Notes: generated from the sequence alone by a model not told the origin. 64,000 bases of DNA from a bacterium (GCA_041946805.1 JBHGBC010000004.1:40948-104947); one strand, 5' to 3'; positions 18,809 to 29,033 are shown, counted from the first letter of the stretch. Translations and numbers: made by a program.

Positions 18809-19018
18809 GGTTCATCCGGCCAGTGCGTACCTGCTAGTGAAAAAGATCTTTCATCCACTCGCTAATCCGGGTGGACACCAAGGTCCGCCCCTACCATATT
18901 TCCCTCACCCTGGCCCTCTCCCGGAGGGAGAGAGGATCAGGGGATTGATTACCCCGGCCAACCCGACTGAACAGCAGCCGGACATGCTTAAAAAAAGAAC
19001 GCACTTGCCGGATGAACC
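18809..19018 (+). mobile_element. MITE-like element (210 bp)
   Basis: TIRs GGTTCATCCGGCCAGTGCGTAC / GAACGCACTTGCCGGATGAACC; flanks AAAAGTAT / AAAAGAAT; colinear with 38661-38869. Confidence 0.8.
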
Positions 19019-19045
19019 AAAAGAATTAAGGAATTCAGAGTAAAA

Positions 19046-19978
19046 TCATATCGACGGGGCGCCGGCGGGGTCCAGGAGGATGATGTCCTGGATGCGGCCG
19101 TGGTGGATGTCGATCAGGCGCTCGGCTTCTTCCCGGCTGACCTGGTTGAAGTGCATGACCAGCGCCGTCTTGACCCGGCCGCCGGCTCGTTCGATCAACA
19201 CGCCGGCCTCATCGTAAGTCAATCCCGTCAACTGCGTAATGATCCGCCGGGACCGGTCCTCGAGCTTGTTGCACGTGGCGTTCAGATCGACCATGAGATT
19301 CTGAAACACCTTGCCGATCCGGATCATGGCGGTGGTGGTCAGCATGTTGAGGACCATCTTGGTGGCGGTGCCCGCCTTCATGCGGGTGGACCCGGTGACG
19401 ATTTCCGGCCCCACCAGGAGGGTGATGATGACATCGGCTTCCGGAATCGTGTCCGGATCGGGGGTGCAGGTGATGAAGACGGTCTTCGCCCCGCGCGCGT
19501 GGGCCTCCTTCAAGGCCCCCACTACAAAGGGCGTGGTGCTGGAGGCGGCGATGCCCGTGACCACGTCTTTTTCGGACACGCCGCGTGCCCGTATTTCCTT
19601 CGCCCCCTCCCCGGGAAAATCCTCGGCCTTCTCGATCGACTTGCGCAAGGCGTCCCAGCCGCCCGAGATGATGCCCTGCACCATCTCCGGATCGGTCCCG
19701 AACGTCGGGGGGCATTCGGAAGCGTCGAGAACCCCGAGGCGGCCGCTGGTCCCCGCCCCCACATAGAACAACCGCCCTCCCTGTTGGAAGGCCTTCACGA
19801 TGAGTTCCACGGCCTCCTCAATATGGCCCAATTCGGGCCCGACAGCCTGGAGGGCCCGGGCGTCCTCGGAATGAATCAGTTCGAGAATTTCCCGGGTGGA
19901 CATCCGGTCGACGCCCAGGGACCGGGGATTGCGTTGTTCGGTAAGCAGCGAGGCCATTTTGGCCGGATCGATTATCAT
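19046..19978 (-). CDS. murQ: N-acetylmuramic acid 6-phosphate etherase
   Basis: TEQRNP, GAGTSGRLGVLDASECPPTFG and GPEIVTGSTRMKAGTATK motifs. Confidence 0.96.
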   Translation of the reverse strand: MIIDPAKMASLLTEQRNPRSLGVDRMSTREILELIHSEDARALQAVGPELGHIEEAVELIVKAFQQGGRLFYVGAGTSGRLGVLDASECPPTFGTDPEMVQGIISGGWDALRKSIEKAEDFPGEGAKEIRARGVSEKDVVTGIAASSTTPFVVGALKEAHARGAKTVFITCTPDPDTIPEADVIITLLVGPEIVTGSTRMKAGTATKMVLNMLTTTAMIRIGKVFQNLMVDLNATCNKLEDRSRRIITQLTGLTYDEAGVLIERAGGRVKTALVMHFNQVSREEAERLIDIHHGRIQDIILLDPAGAPSI

Positions 19979-21492
19979 CCAATTTCCTCGACGATTTGTT
20001 CGAAATGCAGCTCGGAGCTGGAGAGGATCTTGAACTCGGCGTTATAGCGATCTTGCAAGACCTTCATCCGGTTCGTGTATTCCTGATTGATTTTCTCCGC
20101 CAGGCGGGGGTGCACGCGCAACACCACGTTTTTGGCTCCCTCCTCGCGGCAGATTTCCTCGAAGGTGCGGAAAATCTTGATTATCATCGAATCCACGGAG
20201 AGGATGTGCCCCTCCCGCTTGCAATACGGGCAGGGCTGGGTGATGGACTTGTTGAAACTTTTCCGCACCCGCTTGCGGGTCATCTGCAGCAGGCCCAGTT
20301 CCGTCAGCGGATACAGATGAATGCGGGAGCGGTCTTTTTTGAGTTGTTCATGGAAATGGCGGATCATTTCCTCTTGATGCTCCTTGGACCGCATGTCGAT
20401 GAAGTCGATGAGAATGATCCCGCCGATGTCCCGGAGGCGGATCTGGCGGGCGATTTCGGTCGCGGCTTCCAGGTTGGTCTTGAACACCGTTTCTTCCAGG
20501 TTGTATTTGCCGATGTAGCGGCCGGTGTTGACGTCGATGACCGTCATGGCCTCGGTCTCGTCGATGACGATATATCCGCCGGAATGCAGCCAGATCTTCC
20601 GCGTGCGCAGGCTGTTGATGAAGGTTTCCATGCCGTAGGCGCGGAAAATGGAGGCGGCGTCGTCATACAACGTGATCTGGTGGACCGACTTGGGAAACTG
20701 GACCTTGACGAAATCCACGATTTCCGAATAGAGGGAGGGATCGTCAACAACAATTTCCTCGATCCCGTCGCTGATCAGGTCCTGGATCAGCAAAAAAACC
20801 ATGCTCGGATTTTCGTAAAGGAGGGAGGGCGCGGGGCTGGTTTCCCGCTTGACCTTGATCCGTTCCCATTCGTTTTGGAGATGGGCCAAATCCTCGCGGA
20901 AGGCCTTTTCGTCCAGGTCTTTGCCGGCGGTGCGGATGATGGCGCCCATATTGTCGGGAAGCAACTGGGTGACGATCTGTTTGAGACGCTCCCGCTCGGT
21001 CTCGTCGACGATGCGCCGGGAGACGCCTACGTGCCGGGTGCACGGCAACAGCACCACGTAGCGGCCGGGCAGGGAGATGTTGGTGGTGACCCGGCTGCCC
21101 TTGGCCCCGATCGGTTCCTTGTAGAGCTGGATGAGAATCTGCTGCCCTTCCTTGAGCAGGTCGCGGATGGAGACGGGCGGCAGTTCCATGGATTTGATCA
21201 CCTGGGCTTCCCCGTTGTCCTCGGTGTCGTTCACTTCATCCGCGAGGAAGTCGAAATCCTGGACATCCGGCAGAAGATCATTGACATAGAGAAACGCGTT
21301 CCGGGGCAGGCCGATATCGATGAACGCGGCGTCGATCCCCGGCGTGATGGAAGTGACAACTCCCTTGTAGATATTGCCGATGATCCGCTCTTCGTTTCTC
21401 CGTTCGAAAAAATACTCCGCCAGTTTGGAGTTTTCGATGACGGCGATTCGGATTTCGTAATCATCCGCGCTGACTAAAATTCGGCGTTGCAT
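19975..21492 (-). CDS. rng: Rne/Rng family ribonuclease
   Basis: GNIYKG, KEPIGAKGSRVT and IDVNTG...TNLEAA...RLRDIGGIILIDFIDM motifs; CPYC; start taken at MQRR. Confidence 0.92.
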   Translation of the reverse strand: MQRRILVSADDYEIRIAVIENSKLAEYFFERRNEERIIGNIYKGVVTSITPGIDAAFIDIGLPRNAFLYVNDLLPDVQDFDFLADEVNDTEDNGEAQVIKSMELPPVSIRDLLKEGQQILIQLYKEPIGAKGSRVTTNISLPGRYVVLLPCTRHVGVSRRIVDETERERLKQIVTQLLPDNMGAIIRTAGKDLDEKAFREDLAHLQNEWERIKVKRETSPAPSLLYENPSMVFLLIQDLISDGIEEIVVDDPSLYSEIVDFVKVQFPKSVHQITLYDDAASIFRAYGMETFINSLRTRKIWLHSGGYIVIDETEAMTVIDVNTGRYIGKYNLEETVFKTNLEAATEIARQIRLRDIGGIILIDFIDMRSKEHQEEMIRHFHEQLKKDRSRIHLYPLTELGLLQMTRKRVRKSFNKSITQPCPYCKREGHILSVDSMIIKIFRTFEEICREEGAKNVVLRVHPRLAEKINQEYTNRMKVLQDRYNAEFKILSSSELHFEQIVEEIG

Positions 21493-24086
21493 GGGATGCC
21501 CGGTTTCATCCAAGAAGAATGTGCGATCAATGGAACCAGCTGATTCTGATCCCCAAGTGAGAATATGCCCAAACGGCTCAGTTTGTCAATTTGGATCGAG
21601 CACTCCAGGAGCGCTTCCAGCTTCTTTTGCAGGATGGCAGCCTTGGTGTATTGCCCGCCGTTCACGCGGCCGTCGTATTCCAACCGGAACGATCCGCCAG
21701 GCAGCGATTCCACCCGGGCGGCAAGCAGCTGGAGTTCCTCCTGGACCTCCGGATGCGCCACGATTTCCGCCACGCGCCGCGCCACATCCTCCGGGGCGTT
21801 CCGCGCCGAACATTCCACGGCGTAGCGGAAGGCGTGAACCCGGGCGGTGAGTTTTTTCGCGCCCGCGGCCACCGCCTCGGCTTCCTCGAAGCGGAGTCCT
21901 TCCGGACAGAAATTCCGGAGATGGGTGACAAGCGCATCTGGTTCGTAGGTCTGCTGGAGAACCGCCTCCAGGTATTCAGCTTCGCCCGCCACGCCCACCG
22001 GCAAGGGAGCCGCAAAAGTAAACTTGGGCAAGGGATGAAATCCTTCGGTAAACACCAATGGCACGCCGGCCCTACGGAAAATCGATTCCATCAACATCAG
22101 GGTATCGTGGTGAGAGGCGAAAATCATAGAGCCGGTCTTACTGAACCGGAAGCGGTACCGGAAGCCGGTGGAGGCGGTTTCTTCATGGACTGGACGAACC
22201 GTCTCGAGAATTCCGCCCGCGATTTCGTGCTCCATGTTGTATTTCGAACGGGGCGTGGCCTCATGCGCCACCGCGTGCACGGTGACCAGCTCTTCCCCAT
22301 CACAGACCTTGCATACCCGGCACATTTCGTTGCCGCAATGGCGGCTTTCCTTCTGGCGGAATGTCTTCTCCCACTCCCGCCACAAATAGCGTTTCGAGAC
22401 CCGGATGGAGATGGCATCCCAGGGCAGGATGTCTTCCTGTTCGTACGTTTTGGCCGCGTATTCCCGCAGCGACAAGCCGAGCGCGGCGAACGCCTCGTCC
22501 CAGCGTGAATACGAGAAATGCTCTTGCCATTCGTCGAAGCGGGCCCCCCGTTCCCAGGCGTGTTTGATCACCGCGCCAAGCCGCGCGTCGCCCCGGGACA
22601 GCGCGGCCTCGACCAAACTCTTGCCGGGATCGTGCCAGTTGACCTTGATCCCCGCGGGCTTCAGGCGGGAAGCGATGTAGTTCACCCGCCGGGTGATTTC
22701 GTCCCGGTTAATCTGGCCGTACCACTGATAGGCGGTGTGCGGCTTGGGCACAAAGGGTGAGATCCCCACGTGGATCATGGCCCGGCGCTTGCCCGATTCC
22801 CGCAGGATGCGTTTGATATTCAGCACCGTATCGGCGACGCCCTGCAAGTCATCATCCGTTTCCGTGGGCAAACCAACCATGAAATAGAATTTCACGGTGT
22901 CCTGGTGGGTTGAAATGGATTCGCGCACCTTGGCGTAAATCTCGGCGTCGTAGATCAATTTATTGATGGCCCAGCGCAGGCGTTCGGTCCCCGCCTCGGG
23001 CGCGAAGGTGAGGCCGGTATGCCGGACCTTGCCGATCTCCTGCGTCACCCGCGACGGGAAACTGTCAATCCGCAGGGAAGGCAGCGACAAGGCCACCCGC
23101 TGGGGAAAATATTCCTGTATCAATCCCGCGCACAGCCCCGGAAGTTGGGTGTAATCGGCCGTCGAAAGCGAAAGCAGTCCGATTTCGTTGAAGCCCGTTT
23201 GTTTCAACCCTTCCGCCGCGTCCCGCATCAGCCGCTGGGGAGAGCGTTCGCGCACCGGCCGGTCGGTATAACCCGCTTGGCAAAAACGGCAGCCGCCGGG
23301 ACATCCGCGCATCACCTCGAGGGCCAGCCGGTGATGCACGATAGGAGTGTTGGGAACGATCTGGCGCGTGGGGTAATACGATAGTTCAAAATCAGCGATG
23401 ACGCGCTTCTCCACCACATCAGGCACGCCTTCCACCTTGGACCGGCAGGGGAAGCGCTCCCCCAGCCGGTTGGTTTCGTATTCATACAGAGTAGGGACAA
23501 ACACCCCCGGGATCTTCCCCAATTCCGTCAGGATGCCCGCCCGGCTCGCGCCATTCCGTTTCAAGTCCCGGACGCGCCCGCATAATTCCAGGACCACTTC
23601 CTCGCCCTCGCCGATGACGAAGGCGTCGAGGAAATCCACCATGGGCATGGGATTGTATGCGCAAGGCCCTCCGGCGATCACCAGCGGATGCGCGTCTGTC
23701 CGGTCCTTCGCCTGAATAGGGATGCCCCCCAGATCCAGCATGGTCAGCACGTTGGTGTAGAGCATCTCGTGCTGGAGGGAAAAGCCCAGGATGTCCAGGT
23801 TCTTCAGGGGAACGCCGCTTTCCACAGTGCCCAGGAGCGCGTGGTCCTCCCGCATGGCCGCTTCGAGGTCGGCCCAGGGAGCGAAACAGCGCTCACACCA
23901 GATCCAGGACTGCTCGTTGAGAAGGCCATATAGTATTTGGATGCCCAGGTAGGACATACCCACCTCATAGACATCCGGGTAGGCAATGGCGAAGCGCAGG
24001 CTGGCTTCCGGCTTGGATAGCACGGCGTTCCATTCGCTGCCGATATAACGGACCGGTTTTTCGACCGAGTTCAGATTGATCGTCAT
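21474..24086 (-). CDS. TIGR03960-type B12-binding radical SAM protein fused to a TIGR03936/DUF2344 domain
   Basis: VEKPVRYIGSEWN, YPDVYEVGMS, RGCPGGCRFCQAG and GLTFAPEAGT motifs; C-terminal FSKTG..FASHHD..FRRAG..FTEGFHP. Confidence 0.92.
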   Translation of the reverse strand: MTINLNSVEKPVRYIGSEWNAVLSKPEASLRFAIAYPDVYEVGMSYLGIQILYGLLNEQSWIWCERCFAPWADLEAAMREDHALLGTVESGVPLKNLDILGFSLQHEMLYTNVLTMLDLGGIPIQAKDRTDAHPLVIAGGPCAYNPMPMVDFLDAFVIGEGEEVVLELCGRVRDLKRNGASRAGILTELGKIPGVFVPTLYEYETNRLGERFPCRSKVEGVPDVVEKRVIADFELSYYPTRQIVPNTPIVHHRLALEVMRGCPGGCRFCQAGYTDRPVRERSPQRLMRDAAEGLKQTGFNEIGLLSLSTADYTQLPGLCAGLIQEYFPQRVALSLPSLRIDSFPSRVTQEIGKVRHTGLTFAPEAGTERLRWAINKLIYDAEIYAKVRESISTHQDTVKFYFMVGLPTETDDDLQGVADTVLNIKRILRESGKRRAMIHVGISPFVPKPHTAYQWYGQINRDEITRRVNYIASRLKPAGIKVNWHDPGKSLVEAALSRGDARLGAVIKHAWERGARFDEWQEHFSYSRWDEAFAALGLSLREYAAKTYEQEDILPWDAISIRVSKRYLWREWEKTFRQKESRHCGNEMCRVCKVCDGEELVTVHAVAHEATPRSKYNMEHEIAGGILETVRPVHEETASTGFRYRFRFSKTGSMIFASHHDTLMLMESIFRRAGVPLVFTEGFHPLPKFTFAAPLPVGVAGEAEYLEAVLQQTYEPDALVTHLRNFCPEGLRFEEAEAVAAGAKKLTARVHAFRYAVECSARNAPEDVARRVAEIVAHPEVQEELQLLAARVESLPGGSFRLEYDGRVNGGQYTKAAILQKKLEALLECSIQIDKLSRLGIFSLGDQNQLVPLIAHSSWMKPGIPCNAEF

Positions 24087-24252
24087 TATGAAATCCTGTT
24101 CGCATGCGTGTCATCCAGCGAGAAGAAAGAACGTGGCGGTATTCTTTACTAATATACTCGACAATTGCGCCACTTGAAAGCGGATGCATCGCTTGCTCTT
24201 GTCAAGCTGATGGGAATGGAGGGCTATCCTCGAGTGATGACGCCACCCTGGC

Positions 24253-24350
24253 AGGGCTTCCCTCACCCTGGCCCTCTCCCGGGGGGAGAGGGAATCGCTT
24301 CGCGATACCCTCAATGTTCATACTACGAATAAAGCCCTGAGAAAGACCTG
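24253..24350 (+). repeat. Palindrome A + conserved tail
   Basis: Aligns with 328-417. Confidence 0.75.
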
Positions 24351-24398
24351 CATCCGGTTAAATCGAAACATATAAATCAATAGAGAACATGGAAAAAT

Positions 24399-24602
24399 GG
24401 TTCACCCGGTAAACGCATATTTTTCATCAAGCATGTCCGGCCGCTCTTCAATCGGGCTGGCCGGGAAGATCAGACCCCGTAATCCCCTCTCCCTCTGGGC
24501 AGGGAGAGGGAATTTTGCAGGGACGGACCTGGGAGACCACCCGAATCATCGAGTGGATGGAATGCCTTTTTCACCAGCCTATAAGCACTGGACGGATGGG
24601 CC
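24399..24602 (-). mobile_element. Degenerate inverted MITE copy
   Basis: Reverse complement is colinear with 18809-19018 and 38661-38869; decayed TIRs; internal deletion in palindrome A. Confidence 0.7.
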
Positions 24603-24762
24603 TGAAAACGATGCCACTGCTTGACCAACGCCTTACGTCTAACGATTCTCTCTCGAAATTCAGAGGAGGCAGAGGAAGATGTCCGTGAAACAACAATCGG
24701 GGCACGGCGTTGGTAGCGTTCGCCGTGCCCCAGGACTATCTTTCGTGTCAAGCGGAAAGGCT

Positions 24763-26589
24763 TTACGGATTGGCGCTCCCGGATTCCGCCGCCGGGACCG
24801 TTTCACCCGTGGATGGCGCGCTATCCGCCGGAGCTCCCGGAGTTTCCGGCGTGGAGGGGGCTACCGTTTCCGGGGTGGCGGCCGACGGTGGCGCGGCCGG
24901 TTGGGGCTGGGCTTCCACGGCCGGCGGCGCCGCTTCCGGCCGGTTTCCCGGAGCCGGAGAAACGGACTCGGGAGAAGTCGCGGGCGCTGGAGTTTTTGCT
25001 TCCGTCTCGGCGGGCGTCGTGGGTTCGCTGATTGCCGGGGATGGCGACACCGAGGTGGCGGCAGCCGGGGGCTCAGCGGCCAGAGGTACGACCGCTTCGG
25101 GCGCGGCAGGAGCCTTCGCCTCCGGCGTAGCGGGCTTCAAGCCGGGTTCCGAGGCGCTGGGCGCTTCGGGAGCGGTAGCCGGTTTGACTTCCGCTTCCAT
25201 CGTGACGGCGCTCACCTTGCTCATGAGATCGTCAACAGTGGATTTCTTGATCCGGTAGATTTCCAGGGGATCCATCCGCGCCCCGTAATAGAATTCCTCG
25301 CCCGCCGTCTGATTCGGCGGGAAGGCCAAGGCGAGGGTTTCCCGCACCACGCCCGTCGGCGACTGGGTTGATCCAGCGGCCAGGCTATCGCCATGTTTTT
25401 CGAGCTGGATAACCAGGTTCGGCGAAGCCAAGCCGTACTCCTCCGTCGTACCCAGGACAAAACCGGCGGCTTCGAGGTCGGCGATGGCGCGCGCCGCGTC
25501 GGAGACCGAATTGTAATTCGCCGTGCCTTGCTTGGGTTGCAGCATCGTCCAATTGCCGGCGGACTTGCTGGCCTCGAGAATGGTCTGCCCGGCGGAAATC
25601 ACGTTCAGACGGTCCACTTCCCAATATTTCATCGGACAGACTTTTTTCTGGCGGAGATCCTCCAGACTGGCCGGGACGTTGTTGAAGTCCTGCGGATTGA
25701 CCGTGAATACGTTCTTTTGCCCTTCCCGCATGGCGTAGAGTTGGTCCGCGGCGCTGGTCGCTCCCAACAGCAAGACCCGCGAAGCCCAGCTGGATTCGTT
25801 GCCGGGCTGGCCGGTCCAGAAGACCAGTTTGGTTGCGGGATTGACCAATCCATAAACAGCGGGCGTTTCGGAATTTTCATCCACGAATTTCTTGATTTCC
25901 CCGCCGCGGATGCGGTTCAGCATGTCGCGGATCTTGGTCTCGTTGGCGCGCGCCTGGGTCGGCTGGGTGATGACCCATTGGTCCATGCCCCGCTTGTCCA
26001 GGGAGACGTTCATGTCGCCCTGCGCAATCTGGATGCGCTGGACGTCCTCGGTCTGCATGTCGAGTATGGTCTTATCGCGCAGGTCGTAGAGTTGCTTGTC
26101 CACGGCGGAATACAGGCTGCTCATGACCGTGACCACCTCGCTGGAGCCCTTCACCATGGCGTAATACTTGCCCGCGGTCGGAGTTTTGGCTCCCAGGAGG
26201 ATCTCGGACTTGGTCGCGCCGCCGACGCCCGCCAGACTCACCTGGACGGCCGGCTTGTCCAACCCGAACGGCGTCAGGCTCGCGGGATTTTCCTCGATCA
26301 CCCGCTGCCATTTGCCCGAGGAATAATTGTTGGCAATGGTGTCCCAGGCGTTTTTGTCGGCTGAACTTTCCAGCGGCTTCACCAGGTTCCAGCGGTCACC
26401 CTGTTTGACCGCCTTGAAGGTGTCTTCTCCCTTGACGATCTCGATTTCCTGAATCTCATCCTTTTTCAGGGTGAGCAGTTCTTTCTCTTTTTCTTCCCGT
26501 TCCTGCTTTTTCGCCTCGCGCTCCTTGTCCCAGAAAAAGACCGCCGCGAGCAAGGCCAGAATTATCAGAAGAATGAAGTTTTTCTTCAT
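24763..26589 (-). CDS. DUF4340 domain protein with a Pro/Ala/Glu/Thr-rich C-terminal tail
   Basis: N-terminal anchor; repeated FGLDKP/YGLVNP/YGLASP and DLRDK/DLRQK motifs; follows the GldG-like gene. Confidence 0.85.
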   Translation of the reverse strand: MKKNFILLIILALLAAVFFWDKEREAKKQEREEKEKELLTLKKDEIQEIEIVKGEDTFKAVKQGDRWNLVKPLESSADKNAWDTIANNYSSGKWQRVIEENPASLTPFGLDKPAVQVSLAGVGGATKSEILLGAKTPTAGKYYAMVKGSSEVVTVMSSLYSAVDKQLYDLRDKTILDMQTEDVQRIQIAQGDMNVSLDKRGMDQWVITQPTQARANETKIRDMLNRIRGGEIKKFVDENSETPAVYGLVNPATKLVFWTGQPGNESSWASRVLLLGATSAADQLYAMREGQKNVFTVNPQDFNNVPASLEDLRQKKVCPMKYWEVDRLNVISAGQTILEASKSAGNWTMLQPKQGTANYNSVSDAARAIADLEAAGFVLGTTEEYGLASPNLVIQLEKHGDSLAAGSTQSPTGVVRETLALAFPPNQTAGEEFYYGARMDPLEIYRIKKSTVDDLMSKVSAVTMEAEVKPATAPEAPSASEPGLKPATPEAKAPAAPEAVVPLAAEPPAAATSVSPSPAISEPTTPAETEAKTPAPATSPESVSPAPGNRPEAAPPAVEAQPQPAAPPSAATPETVAPSTPETPGAPADSAPSTGETVPAAESGSANP

Positions 26590-26610
26590 GATCACTCCCT
26601 TGGGGTCCGG

Positions 26611-28239
26611 TTACCCCCGGATTCTCTTCCGCACACAGATCACCGTGCCCATCACCGCCACGAAAGCGGGCAGCACCACCAACGACGAGTAGAAGACGAA
26701 ACGGGCCTGGACCTCGGTGATGGTGACCGGCTTGCCCGAATCTTCCTTGGGCCGGATGGAGATCAAATCCTCCCGCTTGGCCATCCAGTTGATGGTGTTC
26801 ATGAACAGGTCGATGCTCTGCATCCATTGCTTGTTGGTGATGAAGTCGCAGTCGCCGAACACCACCAGCCGCGCCTCGGGCTTCTCCTTCTCTTCGCCGG
26901 GTTCGGATGCGGAGGCTTCGGCCGCTTTTTCTTCCGTCGCGTCCTTCACCTTCTCTTCCGCCGGCTTGGAAACGGCCGCGGCGATGGGAATCGGGCCGAG
27001 CTGATCGGCTCCCTGGTCGAAGGAAGCCTTGCCGGCTTGGCGGAGGCCCTGGACATCGGTTTCCGCCCAGCTTTTGTCACTGGTCTTGATGAATTCCGTG
27101 CCCGTCACCCCTTCCGGCAGCGGCTTGGCCAGCCGGACGCTCTGCACAATGGGAAACATCACGGCCTGGGCCTGCCCGCCGAAAGCGTCGACAATGGGAT
27201 GCGGCTCGAGGACGCTCATGATGGGAGCGACCGGGCTGCCGCCGAAGATCCGCATCAAGGGATTCTGTTCGACGACCCAATTATTGCCCAACTGAATCCC
27301 GTAATCCTTCTCGAGGAAGGGATTGAGGCCGGTGTTCGCCTCGGGTTCCAGGAACGCGGCGATGCGTCCGCCGTATTTCATGTAATTCTGGAGGGTTTGC
27401 ACTTCCGTTTCCAGAAACGGCTTGTCTGGACCGGCGATGACCACGGCCAGCGCGTCATCGGGCACTTCCTCCTGGGAGACGAGCGAAAGCCCCTTGACCT
27501 GGTAGCCTTCCTCCTCCAGGATGCCCTTCATTTTGCCCATGCCGTCCCGCTCGGTGCTGTCCTCGATGGAATGCTCGCCATGGCCGGAGGTGAAGTAAAT
27601 GACCTTGCCGCCGCCCTTGGTCAGTTTGAGGATGGCGTTGGTCAGGTTGTTCTCGTTGACCGGCGATACTTTTTCATGCTCCGTCTCCTTCTCGCCTTTC
27701 CGGACATAGACGGCGTTGAGGGTGACGGCGGTCAGCCCCTGCACCTTTTGCGGATCCTTTTCGGGATCGATGATCTCGGTTTTCACCTTGTCCGAGTAAA
27801 AGGTATACAGTTCCATCAAGTCTTTCGCCTTCTGGGTTTCGGAGGGAGTGGAGGGATTGACCAGGTATTGCAGGGTCAGGGGTTCCTTCAAGGTCTTAAC
27901 GGCCTGGATGGATTGCGTCGCCAGGGTGAATTTTTTCGCCTCGGTCAGGTCGAAGCGGGTGCTGTGCCGGGTGAGGATCATCTCCAGAAAGATCAGGATC
28001 GCCAGCACGATCACCACGCCGAAGACCAGGTTGGCGCCTTCGACCGCGTTCCTCCGGGACAGTTTGGCGCTCAGGAAGCCGATGTTCCTGAGCACGTAAA
28101 TCAAAAGCAGCACGCCGCCGAGAATCAAGGGCGTGACCGAATAGGGGGTCAACACGGTCTGGACCGCCCAAACCAGCAGGCCGGCCGCGATGACGATTAA
28201 ACCCAGGATTCCAAGTGCGGTTAGTTTCGATTGCATCAT
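26611..28239 (-). CDS. GldG-like ABC transporter auxiliary component
   Basis: RFDLTEAKKFTL, IYFTSGHGE, LVVFGDCDF and FMNTINWM...LISIRPK motifs; C-terminal TM. Confidence 0.88.
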   Translation of the reverse strand: MMQSKLTALGILGLIVIAAGLLVWAVQTVLTPYSVTPLILGGVLLLIYVLRNIGFLSAKLSRRNAVEGANLVFGVVIVLAILIFLEMILTRHSTRFDLTEAKKFTLATQSIQAVKTLKEPLTLQYLVNPSTPSETQKAKDLMELYTFYSDKVKTEIIDPEKDPQKVQGLTAVTLNAVYVRKGEKETEHEKVSPVNENNLTNAILKLTKGGGKVIYFTSGHGEHSIEDSTERDGMGKMKGILEEEGYQVKGLSLVSQEEVPDDALAVVIAGPDKPFLETEVQTLQNYMKYGGRIAAFLEPEANTGLNPFLEKDYGIQLGNNWVVEQNPLMRIFGGSPVAPIMSVLEPHPIVDAFGGQAQAVMFPIVQSVRLAKPLPEGVTGTEFIKTSDKSWAETDVQGLRQAGKASFDQGADQLGPIPIAAAVSKPAEEKVKDATEEKAAEASASEPGEEKEKPEARLVVFGDCDFITNKQWMQSIDLFMNTINWMAKREDLISIRPKEDSGKPVTITEVQARFVFYSSLVVLPAFVAVMGTVICVRKRIRG

Positions 28240-29033
28240 TATCCTCTCCAACGATTGGTTTCCAGCACGCGCAGGCTGAAGAACAGGAAGAACAGGGTGA
28301 ACAACAAGTAATAAGCGAGGTGCCCCGTGTCGATCACTCCCTTGCTGAACTGGTCGAAATGCGCGAAAACGGAAATCTCCTTGCAGATGTCCCCCAGCAG
28401 GCCCGGCCGGATTTCACTGACAAATCCGATCATCCACAGCACCAGCAGGGTGGCGAACGTGATCAGCCCGGCGACGATCTGGTTCTCGGTCAAGGCCGAC
28501 GCGAACAGGCCGAACGACAAGAAGGCGGTCCCGATCAGAAAGACGCCCAGGTACGAGGCCAGCACCGGCGGGATGTAGGTCTGCTCGGGAACCACCCGGT
28601 ACGAAAGCAAAAGATACGCGGAGGTCAGAAGCAACATTCCGGCGAAAACCGTCAGGGCGGCCAGAAATTTGCCGGCCAGGACCTCGATATCGCGGATGGG
28701 GTAGGTGAACAACAGTTCGATGGTGCCCATCTTCTTCTCTTCCGCGAAGAGCCGCATCGAGAGCATGGGAACCACGAAGAGCAGAACGAACGACATGACG
28801 TTGGTGATCCCCTGCAGGACGATTTCCGTATAATTGGGAAGCGGACGGGCGCCCATGCCCTGCTGCATGCTCATCATCATCATGTATTCCTGGCTCCATT
28901 GCACATAGGCCGTGAAATACATGTTGAAGAAGACGGCGCAGACGATCAGGAAGAAAACGTACAGCACATAGGCAAGGGGCGAGAAAAAGTACGCCCGCAG
29001 TTCCCGCTTGTAGATGGCCCAGGTGTTTTTCAT
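28239..29033 (-). CDS. ABC-2 permease (GldF-like)
   Basis: KRELRAYFFSPLAY, MRLFAEEKKMGTIELLFTYP and SALTENQIVA motifs. Confidence 0.92.
   Translation of the reverse strand: MKNTWAIYKRELRAYFFSPLAYVLYVFFLIVCAVFFNMYFTAYVQWSQEYMMMMSMQQGMGARPLPNYTEIVLQGITNVMSFVLLFVVPMLSMRLFAEEKKMGTIELLFTYPIRDIEVLAGKFLAALTVFAGMLLLTSAYLLLSYRVVPEQTYIPPVLASYLGVFLIGTAFLSFGLFASALTENQIVAGLITFATLLVLWMIGFVSEIRPGLLGDICKEISVFAHFDQFSKGVIDTGHLAYYLLFTLFFLFFSLRVLETNRWRG

Noticed and set aside
18741..19043. Small ORFs across intergenic repeats (PHPGPLPEGE / PSPWPSP peptides)
   Set aside because: They are translations of palindrome A or the MITE; frames are not conserved between copies.
24330..24365. TPP riboswitch-like CTGAGA..ACCTG
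   Set aside because: It is part of the repeat tail shared with three other loci; the remaining TPP core and thiamine genes are absent.
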